A DNA stretch of 64,000 nucleotides, from contig JAJDVY010000033.1 of NCBI GenBank assembly GCA_022825885.1, positions 10,067 through 74,066 on the forward strand. Direction: 5' to 3'. The notes under the pieces were generated by a model. The model had not been told where the DNA came from. It saw only the letters and a list, made by a program, of their open reading frames with translations, and searched no databases. The translations under genes and the position numbers were made by a program. Positions 26,017 through 35,375 of this stretch are shown here, in pieces (position 1 is the stretch's first letter; every line of letters begins with the position of its first letter). This DNA is from Nitrospirales bacterium. GTDB taxonomy: Bacteria; Nitrospirota; Nitrospiria; Nitrospirales; UBA8639.

Positions 26017-27198
26017 CTAGGAGTCATGAAAAGAAAATTTGGCGAGTTCGGCGGTTTTCATACCCTCACGAACCATTTCTTCAATCGGCAGCAATGTTTC
26101 GGATTGTTGAATGGCATCGGGCCGGCAGCGCGTATTCGGATGGGGTGGGACGAACAACGTGCAGCAATCCTGGTCCGGTTCGATGGACGTTTCAAAGGTT
26201 CCGATTCGCTCCGCTTCATTGGCAATTTCGATTTTGTCCATCCCGATTAACGGACGAAGAATGGGCAGGCTCGCCACTTGGCTCACGGTTTGAAGGTTCT
26301 CTGCGGTTTGGGAGGCGACTTGCCCCAGACTGTCGCCGGTGACCATGCCCCAGCAGAGTTCTTGTTCAGCCAGTTGCTCCGCAATCCTCATCATCATACG
26401 CCGGTACAGGACGACGCGAATGGGCGCGGGAGAGCCGAGTACGATTCGTCGTTGAATATCTCCGAACGGAACGAGGTATAAGCGGGACGCCAATTGATAG
26501 CGCGTGAGCAGGGAGACGAGGTCGCGAACCTTTTCCTCGGAGGTTCGTGAAAGATAAGGCCGGCCGTGGAAATGAACGAAGACGACCTTGCAGCCGCGTT
26601 TCATCATCCGGTAGGCGGCGACCGGCGAATCAATGCCTCCGGAGATGAGACACAGGACGCGACGGCTGATGCCCGTGGGCAGTCCTCCCGGCCCCGGATA
26701 TTTGACGAGCGAAACATACGCCGTGTGATTGACGATTTCCACGACCACGTTGACGTCGGCTCCGTTCAGCCGAACCCGTTTCCCGGTCGCGGCGCATACG
26801 TGGGCGCCTATTTCCCGGTTCAGTTCAACGGAGGTCTTGGCAAACCGTTTGTCCGCGCGTTTGGTCGTGACGCGAAAGGTTTCGAACGTGATCGACCGGA
26901 GGGCGGTTTCAATGGTTTTGCAAAGCGGCGTGATATCCGGCGCTTCGTAGTCGATCGGCACGGAATGGGCCAGGGAATAATTCGCGACCCCGAACGTATG
27001 GCGGATGCGATCCTGTACGTCCTTCCATGAAGATTCGTCCGTGAAGGTGATCCGGATACGGCCGGAGAGGGGTTTGATTTCGGTGACGTTCGTTTTTTTG
27101 AGAGCATTCCCAAGGTGCTGAATCAATCGTTGTTCAAAAAATCCCCGGTTGCGGCCCTTGAGCGCCAGTTCGTGATAGTGGACCAGGGCATAGGGCAT
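26017..27198 (-). CDS. thiI: tRNA 4-thiouridine(8) synthase ThiI
   Basis: An N-terminal ferredoxin-like plus THUMP region and the PP-loop LISGGIDSPVAAY. 393 aa. Confidence 0.88.
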   Translation of the reverse strand: MPYALVHYHELALKGRNRGFFEQRLIQHLGNALKKTNVTEIKPLSGRIRITFTDESSWKDVQDRIRHTFGVANYSLAHSVPIDYEAPDITPLCKTIETALRSITFETFRVTTKRADKRFAKTSVELNREIGAHVCAATGKRVRLNGADVNVVVEIVNHTAYVSLVKYPGPGGLPTGISRRVLCLISGGIDSPVAAYRMMKRGCKVVFVHFHGRPYLSRTSEEKVRDLVSLLTRYQLASRLYLVPFGDIQRRIVLGSPAPIRVVLYRRMMMRIAEQLAEQELCWGMVTGDSLGQVASQTAENLQTVSQVASLPILRPLIGMDKIEIANEAERIGTFETSIEPDQDCCTLFVPPHPNTRCRPDAIQQSETLLPIEEMVREGMKTAELAKFSFHDS

Positions 27199-28115
27199 TA
27201 CCCTTCAGCCTCCAGAAACCGTTCGGCGTCCATCGCGGCCATGCAGCCGGTGCCGGCTGCCGTGATGGCCTGTCGATAGTGAGGGTCCTGCACGTCGCCG
27301 GCGGCAAACACTCCGGGCACGTTCGTTGCCGTCCCATGCGACGTTTGAATGTACCCATTGGCATCCGTGTCGATTTGCCCCGTGAAAAGTTGCGTGTTCG
27401 GCGTATGCCCGATGGCCACGAACACTCCCTTGCAATCTAGCGTCGCCGTGTCACCGGTGACGGCGTCCCGCAGGCGAAGTCCCGTCACTACGTCGTCACC
27501 CAAGACTTCTTCCACCATGGAATTCCAGCGGAACGTGATCTTGTCGTTCTTCATGGCCTTGTCCTGCATGATCTTGGATGCGCGCAGTTTGTCCCGGCGA
27601 TGAATAATGGTCACCTGGGAGGCGAATTTCGTCAAAAACGTGGCTTCCTCCATCGCGCTGTCGCCGCCTCCGATGACGACAATTGGTTGGCCCCGGAAGA
27701 AAAATCCGTCACAGGTTGCGCACGTCGAGACTCCATGGCCCAGGAGGCGACTTTCCGAATCCAAGCCCAGGAGGTTGGCTGACGCGCCGGTGGAAATGAT
27801 CAGCGATCGAGCCTGAATGGTTTCTTCGTCGTTAATCGTGACGGCAAAAGGCCTGCGGCTGAGGTCGACCTTGGTGACGTCGGCCGTCTGAAACGCCGTG
27901 CCGAAGCGTTCCGCTTGGGCCCGCATGTCCTGAATCAGTTGCGGTCCCATAATGCCCTGGGGAAAACCGGGAAAATTTTCCACGTCAGTCGTTAACGTGA
28001 GTTGCCCCCCGGCTTGCGAGCCTTCGATCATGAGCGGCGAAAGATTGGCCCGAGCCGTGTAAACGGCGGCCGTCAGGCCGGCGGGACCTGATCCGATAAT
28101 CACAACGTTGTGCAT
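27198..28115 (-). CDS. trxB: Thioredoxin-disulfide reductase
   Basis: VVIIGSGPAGLTAA, the redox-active CATCDG, and GGGDSAMEEA. Confidence 0.95.
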   Translation of the reverse strand: MHNVVIIGSGPAGLTAAVYTARANLSPLMIEGSQAGGQLTLTTDVENFPGFPQGIMGPQLIQDMRAQAERFGTAFQTADVTKVDLSRRPFAVTINDEETIQARSLIISTGASANLLGLDSESRLLGHGVSTCATCDGFFFRGQPIVVIGGGDSAMEEATFLTKFASQVTIIHRRDKLRASKIMQDKAMKNDKITFRWNSMVEEVLGDDVVTGLRLRDAVTGDTATLDCKGVFVAIGHTPNTQLFTGQIDTDANGYIQTSHGTATNVPGVFAAGDVQDPHYRQAITAAGTGCMAAMDAERFLEAEG

Positions 28116-28149
28116 GGGTGCCTATCCTTTGTGTGAAAAGTGACAAGAG

Positions 28150-28791
28150 TCAGACGTGACGGGGCTTACGTGGTCGTTGCGGCATGGTGGCCGCTTCTTG
28201 AAGGAACTCCCGATAGAGTTGTCGCACCTGTGGCCGAAGCCGGGTAACCGGCAACGTACCGTTCAGGATATAATCCGCGAAACGACGTTTGGTCCGCAAG
28301 GGCAGTTGCCCGCGAATGCGTCCCAATGCCTCTTTTTTGGTGAGACCGTCCCGTTGCCGGGCGCGTTGAAGCTGGATGGACTGGTTGGCGGTCACCACGA
28401 TGATCCGGTCCATTCGTTCATGTGCCCGCGCTTCAATCAAAAGCGCCGCATCGTAAATGATCACGGCATGTGGATGTTGCCTGGCGATGACGTTGGTTTG
28501 CCGGACCTGTTCGCGTGCCACGCGAGGATGCACGATGCGATTCAGGGCCGCCAATTTCCGGGGATGCTGAAAAACCATGTCGGCCAAGGCGATCCGGTCC
28601 AACGTTCGGTCGGCTTGAAGCACCCGGGACCCGAAGGTTTTGACAATCTCTTTCCAGGCTATTTTGCCCGGTGCCACCACGGAGCGGGCCAACTGGTCGG
28701 CATGAATGACAAACGCGCCGCATTCCTGAAACAGGCCCGCCACGGTTGTTTTTCCCGAAGCGAGCCCGCCTGTGAGACCTATCGCCATCAT
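28150..28791 (-). CDS. coaE: Dephospho-CoA kinase
   Basis: The P-loop IGLTGGLASGKTTVA and the CoaE length and pattern. Confidence 0.88.
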   Translation of the reverse strand: MMAIGLTGGLASGKTTVAGLFQECGAFVIHADQLARSVVAPGKIAWKEIVKTFGSRVLQADRTLDRIALADMVFQHPRKLAALNRIVHPRVAREQVRQTNVIARQHPHAVIIYDAALLIEARAHERMDRIIVVTANQSIQLQRARQRDGLTKKEALGRIRGQLPLRTKRRFADYILNGTLPVTRLRPQVRQLYREFLQEAATMPQRPRKPRHV

Positions 28792-28966
28792 GATAGTTTC
28801 TAGTATATCGGAATTTTTCCGATCTTCGAAAGTTGTGGTCCGTCATCCGGCAATCCCTGCTTGACCGGGAAACGGCCCTTCCTGTATGTCCGCTTTGTGT
28901 CAGAATCCCGGATGAGAGAGAGATGGGAGAAAACGACGTGCCGTTAACCATAAGGAATCGAACCTG

Positions 28967-29986
28967 ATGACGAGGTTTTGGGTGAAAGCCATTGTCTTGA
29001 TCGGTGTCTGGCTCGCGTTGTGTGGCTCAAGCGTATTGTTTGCGCAAGAGCAGGGCAAATCTCGTGAAGAATCAACCTGGCACGTGGCTTTGGACGGGTC
29101 CGGACACTTCACGTCCATTCAAGAGGCGATCGATCAAGCGCAGGCTGGGGATACCGTCCTCATCAAGGCCGGGCGCTATGCCGAGGACGTCACGGTCCAC
29201 AGCAAAGAAGGGTTGAAGGTCATTGGGGAAGGACCGGAAAAAGTCTTTCTCGCGGGCTTGAAACGGGTCGGTACGCTGCATATCGGAAAATGGCCTTATG
29301 GGGCCACGAACGTGGAAATTCGCGGATTGACCGTTCAACAGCACGGAGGGTTGGGCGTCGGTATTTTCAATGGTTCAGGCGTGACCCTCAAGAATCTCAA
29401 AGTCAACGGCTTTGTCTTCGGCCAACAGGTTCAAAGCGTGCGCATCGAGGGTTGCGTGATAGGCGGCAGCGAAACCACGGGTATCGCGTTTGCGGATTCT
29501 CAGGCCACGTTGATCGACAACCTGATTCACGATAACGACCATGGCGTATCGGTCGGAGGAACGTCGATCGTACATCTGGAACGGAACATCATTACGCAAA
29601 GCTTGTTCGAAGCCGTCCTTGTGGCTGATCAAGGCAATGCCACGTTGATTCAGAATACTCTCGTCAAGAATCAGGGTGGGGTCAAGTTTCAGGACGAGGC
29701 CACGGGCAGGGTCGCGGGCAATATTCTTGACCAGGCCCGGGTGGGCGTCGCGTGGTCAGGCAAGAACAAGGTGGAGATTACGCATAACGGGTTATATGAC
29801 ATTGACGTGAAGTATCAGGTCGATGGCCAAACCGTGTCTTCCGAGTCCAAGGCCTTTTCTGACGTGTATGCTGCCCCCAAGTTTGTGTCGCCACATGATG
29901 GAGATTACCGGTTGCAGGCCGACTCCCCCTTACGGCACGTCGGCGAGTTTCCCTATCTGGGCGCTCTGGGTCCCGTGTCCGAGTAG
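28967..29986 (+). CDS. Secreted right-handed parallel beta-helix repeat protein
   Basis: A signal peptide, then ..DGSGHFTSIQEAIDQAQAGDTVLIKAGRY.., and periodic G/N-rich repeats of about 22 residues. Confidence 0.6.
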   Translation: MTRFWVKAIVLIGVWLALCGSSVLFAQEQGKSREESTWHVALDGSGHFTSIQEAIDQAQAGDTVLIKAGRYAEDVTVHSKEGLKVIGEGPEKVFLAGLKRVGTLHIGKWPYGATNVEIRGLTVQQHGGLGVGIFNGSGVTLKNLKVNGFVFGQQVQSVRIEGCVIGGSETTGIAFADSQATLIDNLIHDNDHGVSVGGTSIVHLERNIITQSLFEAVLVADQGNATLIQNTLVKNQGGVKFQDEATGRVAGNILDQARVGVAWSGKNKVEITHNGLYDIDVKYQVDGQTVSSESKAFSDVYAAPKFVSPHDGDYRLQADSPLRHVGEFPYLGALGPVSE

Positions 29987-30027
29987 CCAAGGGAGCGTTC
30001 AGGTTTGGCATTGCTGGTTATTGATCG

Positions 30028-30696
30028 TCAGACCGGCCATTGTTCTTCGCGCCACGCCATGTCCCAAAACATCCATTCATAGCGCGAACTGGTCAGAAAT
30101 GCTTCACGCATCCGCTCTTGTTCGGCCTTTCCGGCCCGTTTCGCTTCTTTATCGACCAGGGCGCGCATCCATTGGGTGACTTCGGCGAATTCCGGTGATC
30201 CATATAACAGTAACCAATCCCGGTAGGGATGGTTGGATTTCGGCTGGCCTTTCCCCAACAGATGCTGGCCCACGACACAGTAGATCCATGCGCAGGGAAG
30301 AGCCACGACCGTGAGTTCGGCCAGAGTGCCGGTTTGAGCCGTGCTTCGCATGTGCCGGCAATAGGCGTAATTGGTCGGCGCGAGCGGGGTAGTCCGCATG
30401 TCGGTTGCGGTGAGTTGCCATTGCTTGCCGTAGGTTTCGTGCAAACCACGTTCGACCACAATGGTTTCTTCCACGAGCTTGGCAAAGCGAAGCGCCGTAT
30501 CAGGGTCTTGGGCCTTTTGCGCGCCCAGGGCGAATATCCTGGCAAGTTCTTCGAGATACCGGGCATCCTGAAGAATATAGTACCGGAACTTGCGTTGGGG
30601 GAGCGTGCCTTTCCCAAGAGCCACGACGAAAGGGTGTTTGAATTGCGCGTCCCAGATCGGTTTCGCCAACTGGTGCAAACGTTCCGTAAAACTCAC
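30028..30696 (-). CDS. tenA: Thiaminase II / aminopyrimidine aminohydrolase
   Basis: ..HPFVVALGKGTLPQRKFRYYILQDARYL.. is a TenA/PqqC family signature. 222 aa. Confidence 0.85.
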   Translation of the reverse strand: MSFTERLHQLAKPIWDAQFKHPFVVALGKGTLPQRKFRYYILQDARYLEELARIFALGAQKAQDPDTALRFAKLVEETIVVERGLHETYGKQWQLTATDMRTTPLAPTNYAYCRHMRSTAQTGTLAELTVVALPCAWIYCVVGQHLLGKGQPKSNHPYRDWLLLYGSPEFAEVTQWMRALVDKEAKRAGKAEQERMREAFLTSSRYEWMFWDMAWREEQWPV

Positions 30697-30852
30697 GAAT
30701 CGGTCTCCGTCATGGATTCAGAAAAATAGCCGTGTCGGCAAAAGTGTACTCGATTGAGCATAGGGAGGCAAAATTTTGTCCCCATTCGGCGAGCAGATTG
30801 GATGAGGGTTCTGTCGGGTTGCGCCATGATTGTCGACATGCGTGACGTTCAT

Positions 30853-31746
30853 TCAAACGACGGGTTCGGATTCCAGGAATTTCAGGATGGCGGAATTGAC
30901 GAAATCCGGGGTTTCCCATTGAGGGAGATGACCGGAATTCGGCGCTAGGAGGAATGAACTGCCGGAGATGATCGTGTGCAGGTTTTGTCCCACCGAAGGG
31001 GAAAAGATCTTGTCATAGGCTCCCCACATAATGAGCGTGGGGTGTGCAATTTCCCTCAACCGCGGGGCAAACGTCGTTTCCCATTCCGGAATCTGGTCCA
31101 GTTGTGCATACATGGCCCGGAAGAATCCGGATTGAAAGCGAAGGTGGTGAACACGTTCCACGACCATCGGAGAAATCAAGGCCTGGTCGTGAATGATTTC
31201 TTTCAAAATGAGTTTGATGGACCATCGGCCGGTCATTTGGCTCCCCAGTTTCGAGAGCCAGACGGCCGGCCGGTACTTGATAAACCGTCTGGTTCTCGAT
31301 GATTGCATGTTGTCGAGAATGCCGGCGGGAAATCCTCCGATGAGCACGAGGCCGGCGACGCGCTCCGGATGTTCCAGGCTCATCCCCATTGCGATGCCGG
31401 CACCCATGGAACTGCCGATCAACGTGGCTTTCTGAATATGGAGGGTATCCATGAACACGCGAAACGTATCGAGGAGGAAGTTTGGGGAATACGAGAGTTC
31501 AGGCTTCTCGGACAGTCCCGAACCCAGCAGGTCGGGCGTAATGATCCGATGTGATCGGGCAAGCGCGACCTGCTGGTGTTCCCAATGCCACATGGAGCCT
31601 CCCAGGCCATGAATCAGGATGACGGGCGGACCTTCACCGCTGTTCAGATAGGCCATGCGGTGTCCGTCTATGGTTGTGGTATGAACGGTGTGCCGGTGAA
31701 GCAGGTCAACGTGGGAGGGGATGCGAAAAGAAGATAAGGGTGTCAC
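30853..31746 (-). CDS. Alpha/beta hydrolase
   Basis: VILIHGLGGSMWHWEHQ and the nucleophile elbow GSSMGAG. Confidence 0.8.
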   Translation of the reverse strand: MTPLSSFRIPSHVDLLHRHTVHTTTIDGHRMAYLNSGEGPPVILIHGLGGSMWHWEHQQVALARSHRIITPDLLGSGLSEKPELSYSPNFLLDTFRVFMDTLHIQKATLIGSSMGAGIAMGMSLEHPERVAGLVLIGGFPAGILDNMQSSRTRRFIKYRPAVWLSKLGSQMTGRWSIKLILKEIIHDQALISPMVVERVHHLRFQSGFFRAMYAQLDQIPEWETTFAPRLREIAHPTLIMWGAYDKIFSPSVGQNLHTIISGSSFLLAPNSGHLPQWETPDFVNSAILKFLESEPVV

Positions 31747-31788
31747 AACGGAAGCATCACACTGCGGCAGGATCGGTCCATCTTGCTT

Positions 31789-31816
31789 GTAGGGACCAAC
31801 GATCGTTGGTCCCTAC
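31789..31816. repeat. 28-nt perfect palindrome (REP family C), copy 1
   Basis: GTAGGGACCAACGATCGTTGGTCCCTAC equals its own reverse complement. It abuts the stop codon of the carboxylase large subunit. A second, imperfect copy lies at 57498-57525. Confidence 0.85.
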
Positions 31817-33762
31817 TATTCGAGGCGGATCAAGGTCTCATCGGAATTCACCATATCGCCTTCACTGACGTAGATGGCCTTCACCGTGCCTTCAACCGGC
31901 GCGGTGACTTGGTTTTCCATTTTCATCGCCTCAATCACAATAACCGGCTCTTCGGCGGCGACGGTGCTGCCTTCGGTGACGAGGATTTTCACAACGCGGC
32001 CGGGCATGGGGGTCGTCACGTCTCCCGGGCCACTGGGTTTGGGGCGTTCTCCTTGGCCCTGGGCGGAGCCGGTCTGGACCGGTGCATCCGGTCCGCTGAC
32101 CAAGACTTCTTGGAGTGGTTCCAGGTAGACTTCTTCGAGCTTGTCATCGATTTTGATGTAATAGGGTTTTTTCCCGTCAACCGTCCGTCCGGAGCCCGAA
32201 ACCCGCACGTGATAGGATTCGCCGTGGAGCGTGACGTTGAATTCGATCGGTGCGAGATGAAGCCCTTGTTGCCCGCTACCGGGTCCTCCTTCCAGCGGCG
32301 GTTCAAGCGGTTCGGGTCGTAACTCTCCGCTGGCCCGTTCGTGAAGAAATTGTAACGCCACGGACGGGAACAGGGTATACGATAAGATGTCTTCCTCGGA
32401 GACGTCATGCTCGCTCAATTCTTCGGCGGCGTTCTTCAATTCAGGGGCAAGGTTGTCTGCCGGTCTGTTTGAGATGGGCGCGTCGTCGGCTATGGCTTTT
32501 TCTTTTGTGGTCAAATCCAAGGACCCCGGCGGTTTGCCATAGAGACCCAAAAAGTAATTTTTGGCTTCGTTGGTGATGACTTTGTACCGCTCTCCGGTTA
32601 TCACGTTCAGTGTGGCTTGCGTGCCGACAATTTGACTGGTGGGTGTCACCAACGGGGGATAGCCCATGTCTTTGCGAACCCGCGGAATTTCCTCCAGCAC
32701 TTCTTTCATTTTCTCTATGGCGTTTTGTTCGGCCAATTGGGAGGCCAGGTTCGAAATCATGCCGCCCGGCACCTGTGACAACAGGACGTCCGTATCGACA
32801 CCAGTATAATCGCTTTCAAACTGATGATATTTCTTTCTCGCCGTTCGCAGTTGTTCTGTAATCGGCGGAAACTGGGACAAATCCAATCCGGTATCGTACG
32901 GGGTCTTTTGCAGGGCCGCGATGAAGGTTTCCGTGGGGGGGTGGGAGGTTCCGCCGGCAAGCGGAGACAGGGCCGTATCCAGAATGTCGAGGCCTCCGAG
33001 GACCGCCATGAGCGACGACATCGAAGCCATCCCCGACGTATAATGCGTATGAAGGTGGATGGGAACCCGAACCGCTTCCTTCAATCGTTTGACGAGCGCA
33101 TAGGCTTCAAAGGGCGGTAAGAGCCCGGCCATGTCCTTGATGCAGATGCTGTCGGTGCCGAGATCTTCCAGTCGTTTAGCTTGATCCACGAAGTGATGAA
33201 GGCTGTGCATCGGGCTGACCGTATAGCAGATCGTGGCCTCCACGTGTTTATTGCACTGCCTGACCACCTTGATGGCTGATTTCAGGTTTCGAATGTCGTT
33301 CAGGGCGTCAAAAATGCGAAACACGTCGATGCCGTGTTCCGCGGATTTGACTATGAACTGTTCCAGGACGTCGTCGGCGTAATGCCGGTACCCGACGAGG
33401 TTTTGCCCTCGGAGCAGCATTTGCAGCCTGGTGTTCGGCGCGGCTTGCCGGAAGGCTTTTAAGCGTTCCCATGGATCCTCTTTCAGAAATCGCAAGCAGG
33501 CGTCGAACGTGGCTCCTCCCCAAACTTCGAGGGACCAGAATCCTATTGAGTCCAGTTGTTCCGCCGTCGGAATCAGGTCTTCCGTGCGCATGCGAGTCGC
33601 CAATAGCGATTGATGTCCGTCTCGCAGGGATACGTCCGTGAGGTGTATTTTTCTTCCCGGGGAGGCTTCAAGTTCGAACGTCTCCGGCCGTTTGCTTTTC
33701 CGGCGCCTTTTGGGTGCGGCGCGTCTTTTGAACTTGTCCCAGAGTGTCGGTTTCTTTGCCAT
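31816..33762 (-). CDS. Pyruvate carboxylase subunit B or 2-oxoglutarate carboxylase large subunit (carboxyltransferase plus C-terminal biotinyl domain; oxaloacetate decarboxylase alpha-like)
   Basis: ..DVSLRDGHQSLLATR.. (an HMGL-like carboxyltransferase) and C-terminal VIEAMKMEN. 648 aa. Confidence 0.85.
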   Translation of the reverse strand: MAKKPTLWDKFKRRAAPKRRRKSKRPETFELEASPGRKIHLTDVSLRDGHQSLLATRMRTEDLIPTAEQLDSIGFWSLEVWGGATFDACLRFLKEDPWERLKAFRQAAPNTRLQMLLRGQNLVGYRHYADDVLEQFIVKSAEHGIDVFRIFDALNDIRNLKSAIKVVRQCNKHVEATICYTVSPMHSLHHFVDQAKRLEDLGTDSICIKDMAGLLPPFEAYALVKRLKEAVRVPIHLHTHYTSGMASMSSLMAVLGGLDILDTALSPLAGGTSHPPTETFIAALQKTPYDTGLDLSQFPPITEQLRTARKKYHQFESDYTGVDTDVLLSQVPGGMISNLASQLAEQNAIEKMKEVLEEIPRVRKDMGYPPLVTPTSQIVGTQATLNVITGERYKVITNEAKNYFLGLYGKPPGSLDLTTKEKAIADDAPISNRPADNLAPELKNAAEELSEHDVSEEDILSYTLFPSVALQFLHERASGELRPEPLEPPLEGGPGSGQQGLHLAPIEFNVTLHGESYHVRVSGSGRTVDGKKPYYIKIDDKLEEVYLEPLQEVLVSGPDAPVQTGSAQGQGERPKPSGPGDVTTPMPGRVVKILVTEGSTVAAEEPVIVIEAMKMENQVTAPVEGTVKAIYVSEGDMVNSDETLIRLE

Positions 33763-33803
33763 AGGGTGCCTTTGCGTTCATGACGTCCGTTGCCGGAGCG
33801 TCT

Positions 33804-35222
33804 CTACAGCCCTTCATATGCCGCAATGGCGGCGGCGAGCGTCACCACAAGATCTTCCGAGACCAAGGCATGCTCGTAGTGATACAGGTCCGGGTGAGAA
33901 TCAAGATACGACGTATCGAAGGTCCCGTTCCGGAAGTCGAATTCTTCCATAATGTTCTTCAAAAAGGGAATAGTTGTTTTGACCCCCCGCAGCAAAAATT
34001 CTTCCAGCGAGCGGTGCGTCCGCCGGACGGCTTCGTCCCACGTCCGGCCCTGGACCGTCATTTTGGCCAACAACGCGTCATAGTACGGGGGAACGGTATA
34101 GTCTTTGTAGACGACACCGTCGATCCGCACCCCGATTCCGCCAGGAGACAGGTACGCCGTGATTTTGCCCGATGAAGGACGAAATCCGTTTTGAGGATCT
34201 TCGGCGTTGATGCGGCATTGAATCGCGTGCCCTTGCAGATTCACTTCATGTTGTCCGTACATGAGCGGCCGTCCCGCGGCAATCCAGATTTGAGCCTGCA
34301 CGATATCGATGGTGGTAATTTGTTCGGTGACCGTATGTTCCACCTGAATTCTGGGATTCATCTCCATGAAATAATAGCGGCCATCCTGATCCAACAGGAA
34401 TTCAACGGTGCCGGCGTTTTCAAATTCGGCGGCACGTGCCAGGGCAATCGCCGCATCGCCCATTTGATTTCTCAGTTCAGGGGTCAGGATCAAGGATGGG
34501 GCAATCTCGATCATTTTTTGATGGCGACGCTGGATTGAACAATCGCGTTCGCCCAAGTGGATGACCTGTCCGTCCTTGTCTGCAAGAAGCTGAAATTCAA
34601 TATGATGCGGTCGTTCAACGTACTTTTCAATAAAGAGATCGGCATTCCCGAAAGCCGCCAATGCTTCCCGGGCTCCGGACTCCATGGCCTCTTTCAGTTC
34701 TTCATCGGACCGGACGACGCGAAGTCCGCGCCCCCCTCCGCCGGCGCTGGCCTTGACCATCACGGGATAGCCGGCGGACCGGGCAAAGTTCAGCCCGTCT
34801 TCGACGCTTTGTATGCAGCCTTCCGTGCCCGGAACGACGGGAACTCCGATTCGTTTGGCAAGTTCTCTGGCTTGCACTTTGTCACCCAACAGTTCCAAGG
34901 CCTCGGGTGACGGTCCGATAAACGTGATGCCTTCTTCTCGACAGAAGTGGGCGAACTGGGCATTCTCCGCCAGGAACCCGTAGCCCGGGTGGATCGCATC
35001 GGCTTTGATGCGTTTAGCCAATTTGACGATTTGCCGGGCGTCCAGAAATCCCTGGACCGGACCGGGGCCTACCAGATAGGCTTCATGGGCTTTCTTGACG
35101 TAAATGGCCGTGGCTTCGCATTCGGCATAAATGGCAGCGGTGGCGATGTCGAGTTCGCGACAGGCCCGAATCACCCGCATTGCGATTTCACCGCGGTTTG
35201 CGACGAGGATTTTGTTAAACAT
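33804..35222 (-). CDS. Pyruvate carboxylase subunit A or 2-oxoglutarate carboxylase small subunit (biotin carboxylase)
   Basis: MFNKILVANRGEIAMRVIRACRELDI and an ATP-grasp region with GGGGRGLRVV. 472 aa. It is a paralog of accC. Confidence 0.88.
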   Translation of the reverse strand: MFNKILVANRGEIAMRVIRACRELDIATAAIYAECEATAIYVKKAHEAYLVGPGPVQGFLDARQIVKLAKRIKADAIHPGYGFLAENAQFAHFCREEGITFIGPSPEALELLGDKVQARELAKRIGVPVVPGTEGCIQSVEDGLNFARSAGYPVMVKASAGGGGRGLRVVRSDEELKEAMESGAREALAAFGNADLFIEKYVERPHHIEFQLLADKDGQVIHLGERDCSIQRRHQKMIEIAPSLILTPELRNQMGDAAIALARAAEFENAGTVEFLLDQDGRYYFMEMNPRIQVEHTVTEQITTIDIVQAQIWIAAGRPLMYGQHEVNLQGHAIQCRINAEDPQNGFRPSSGKITAYLSPGGIGVRIDGVVYKDYTVPPYYDALLAKMTVQGRTWDEAVRRTHRSLEEFLLRGVKTTIPFLKNIMEEFDFRNGTFDTSYLDSHPDLYHYEHALVSEDLVVTLAAAIAAYEGL

Positions 35223-35375
35223 GGCCTGGCCTGAAGGGTCTCCGAGAAAAGGGTCGTTCCTGGGCCATGAATCTCCGGAGAGAGTCTCGGTATCCGTAGA
35301 GCGAGGGCCTATGTATCATGGATCATAAAGGTCCTTCAAGAGAATGCCCGGAATCGTGACGGACGTCACGAGGCA

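Noticed and set aside
28156-28803. 215-aa plus-strand ORF overlapping coaE
   Set aside because: It is antisense to a gene with a canonical P-loop and CoaE pattern. No motifs or RBS were seen.
28842-28872. Possible degenerate copy of the GTCATYCCGG...CTTGACCCGGAA repeat upstream of coaE
   Set aside because: Alignment to 37421-37446 requires a 9-nt insertion, and it lacks a good palindrome. That is too weak to list as a feature.
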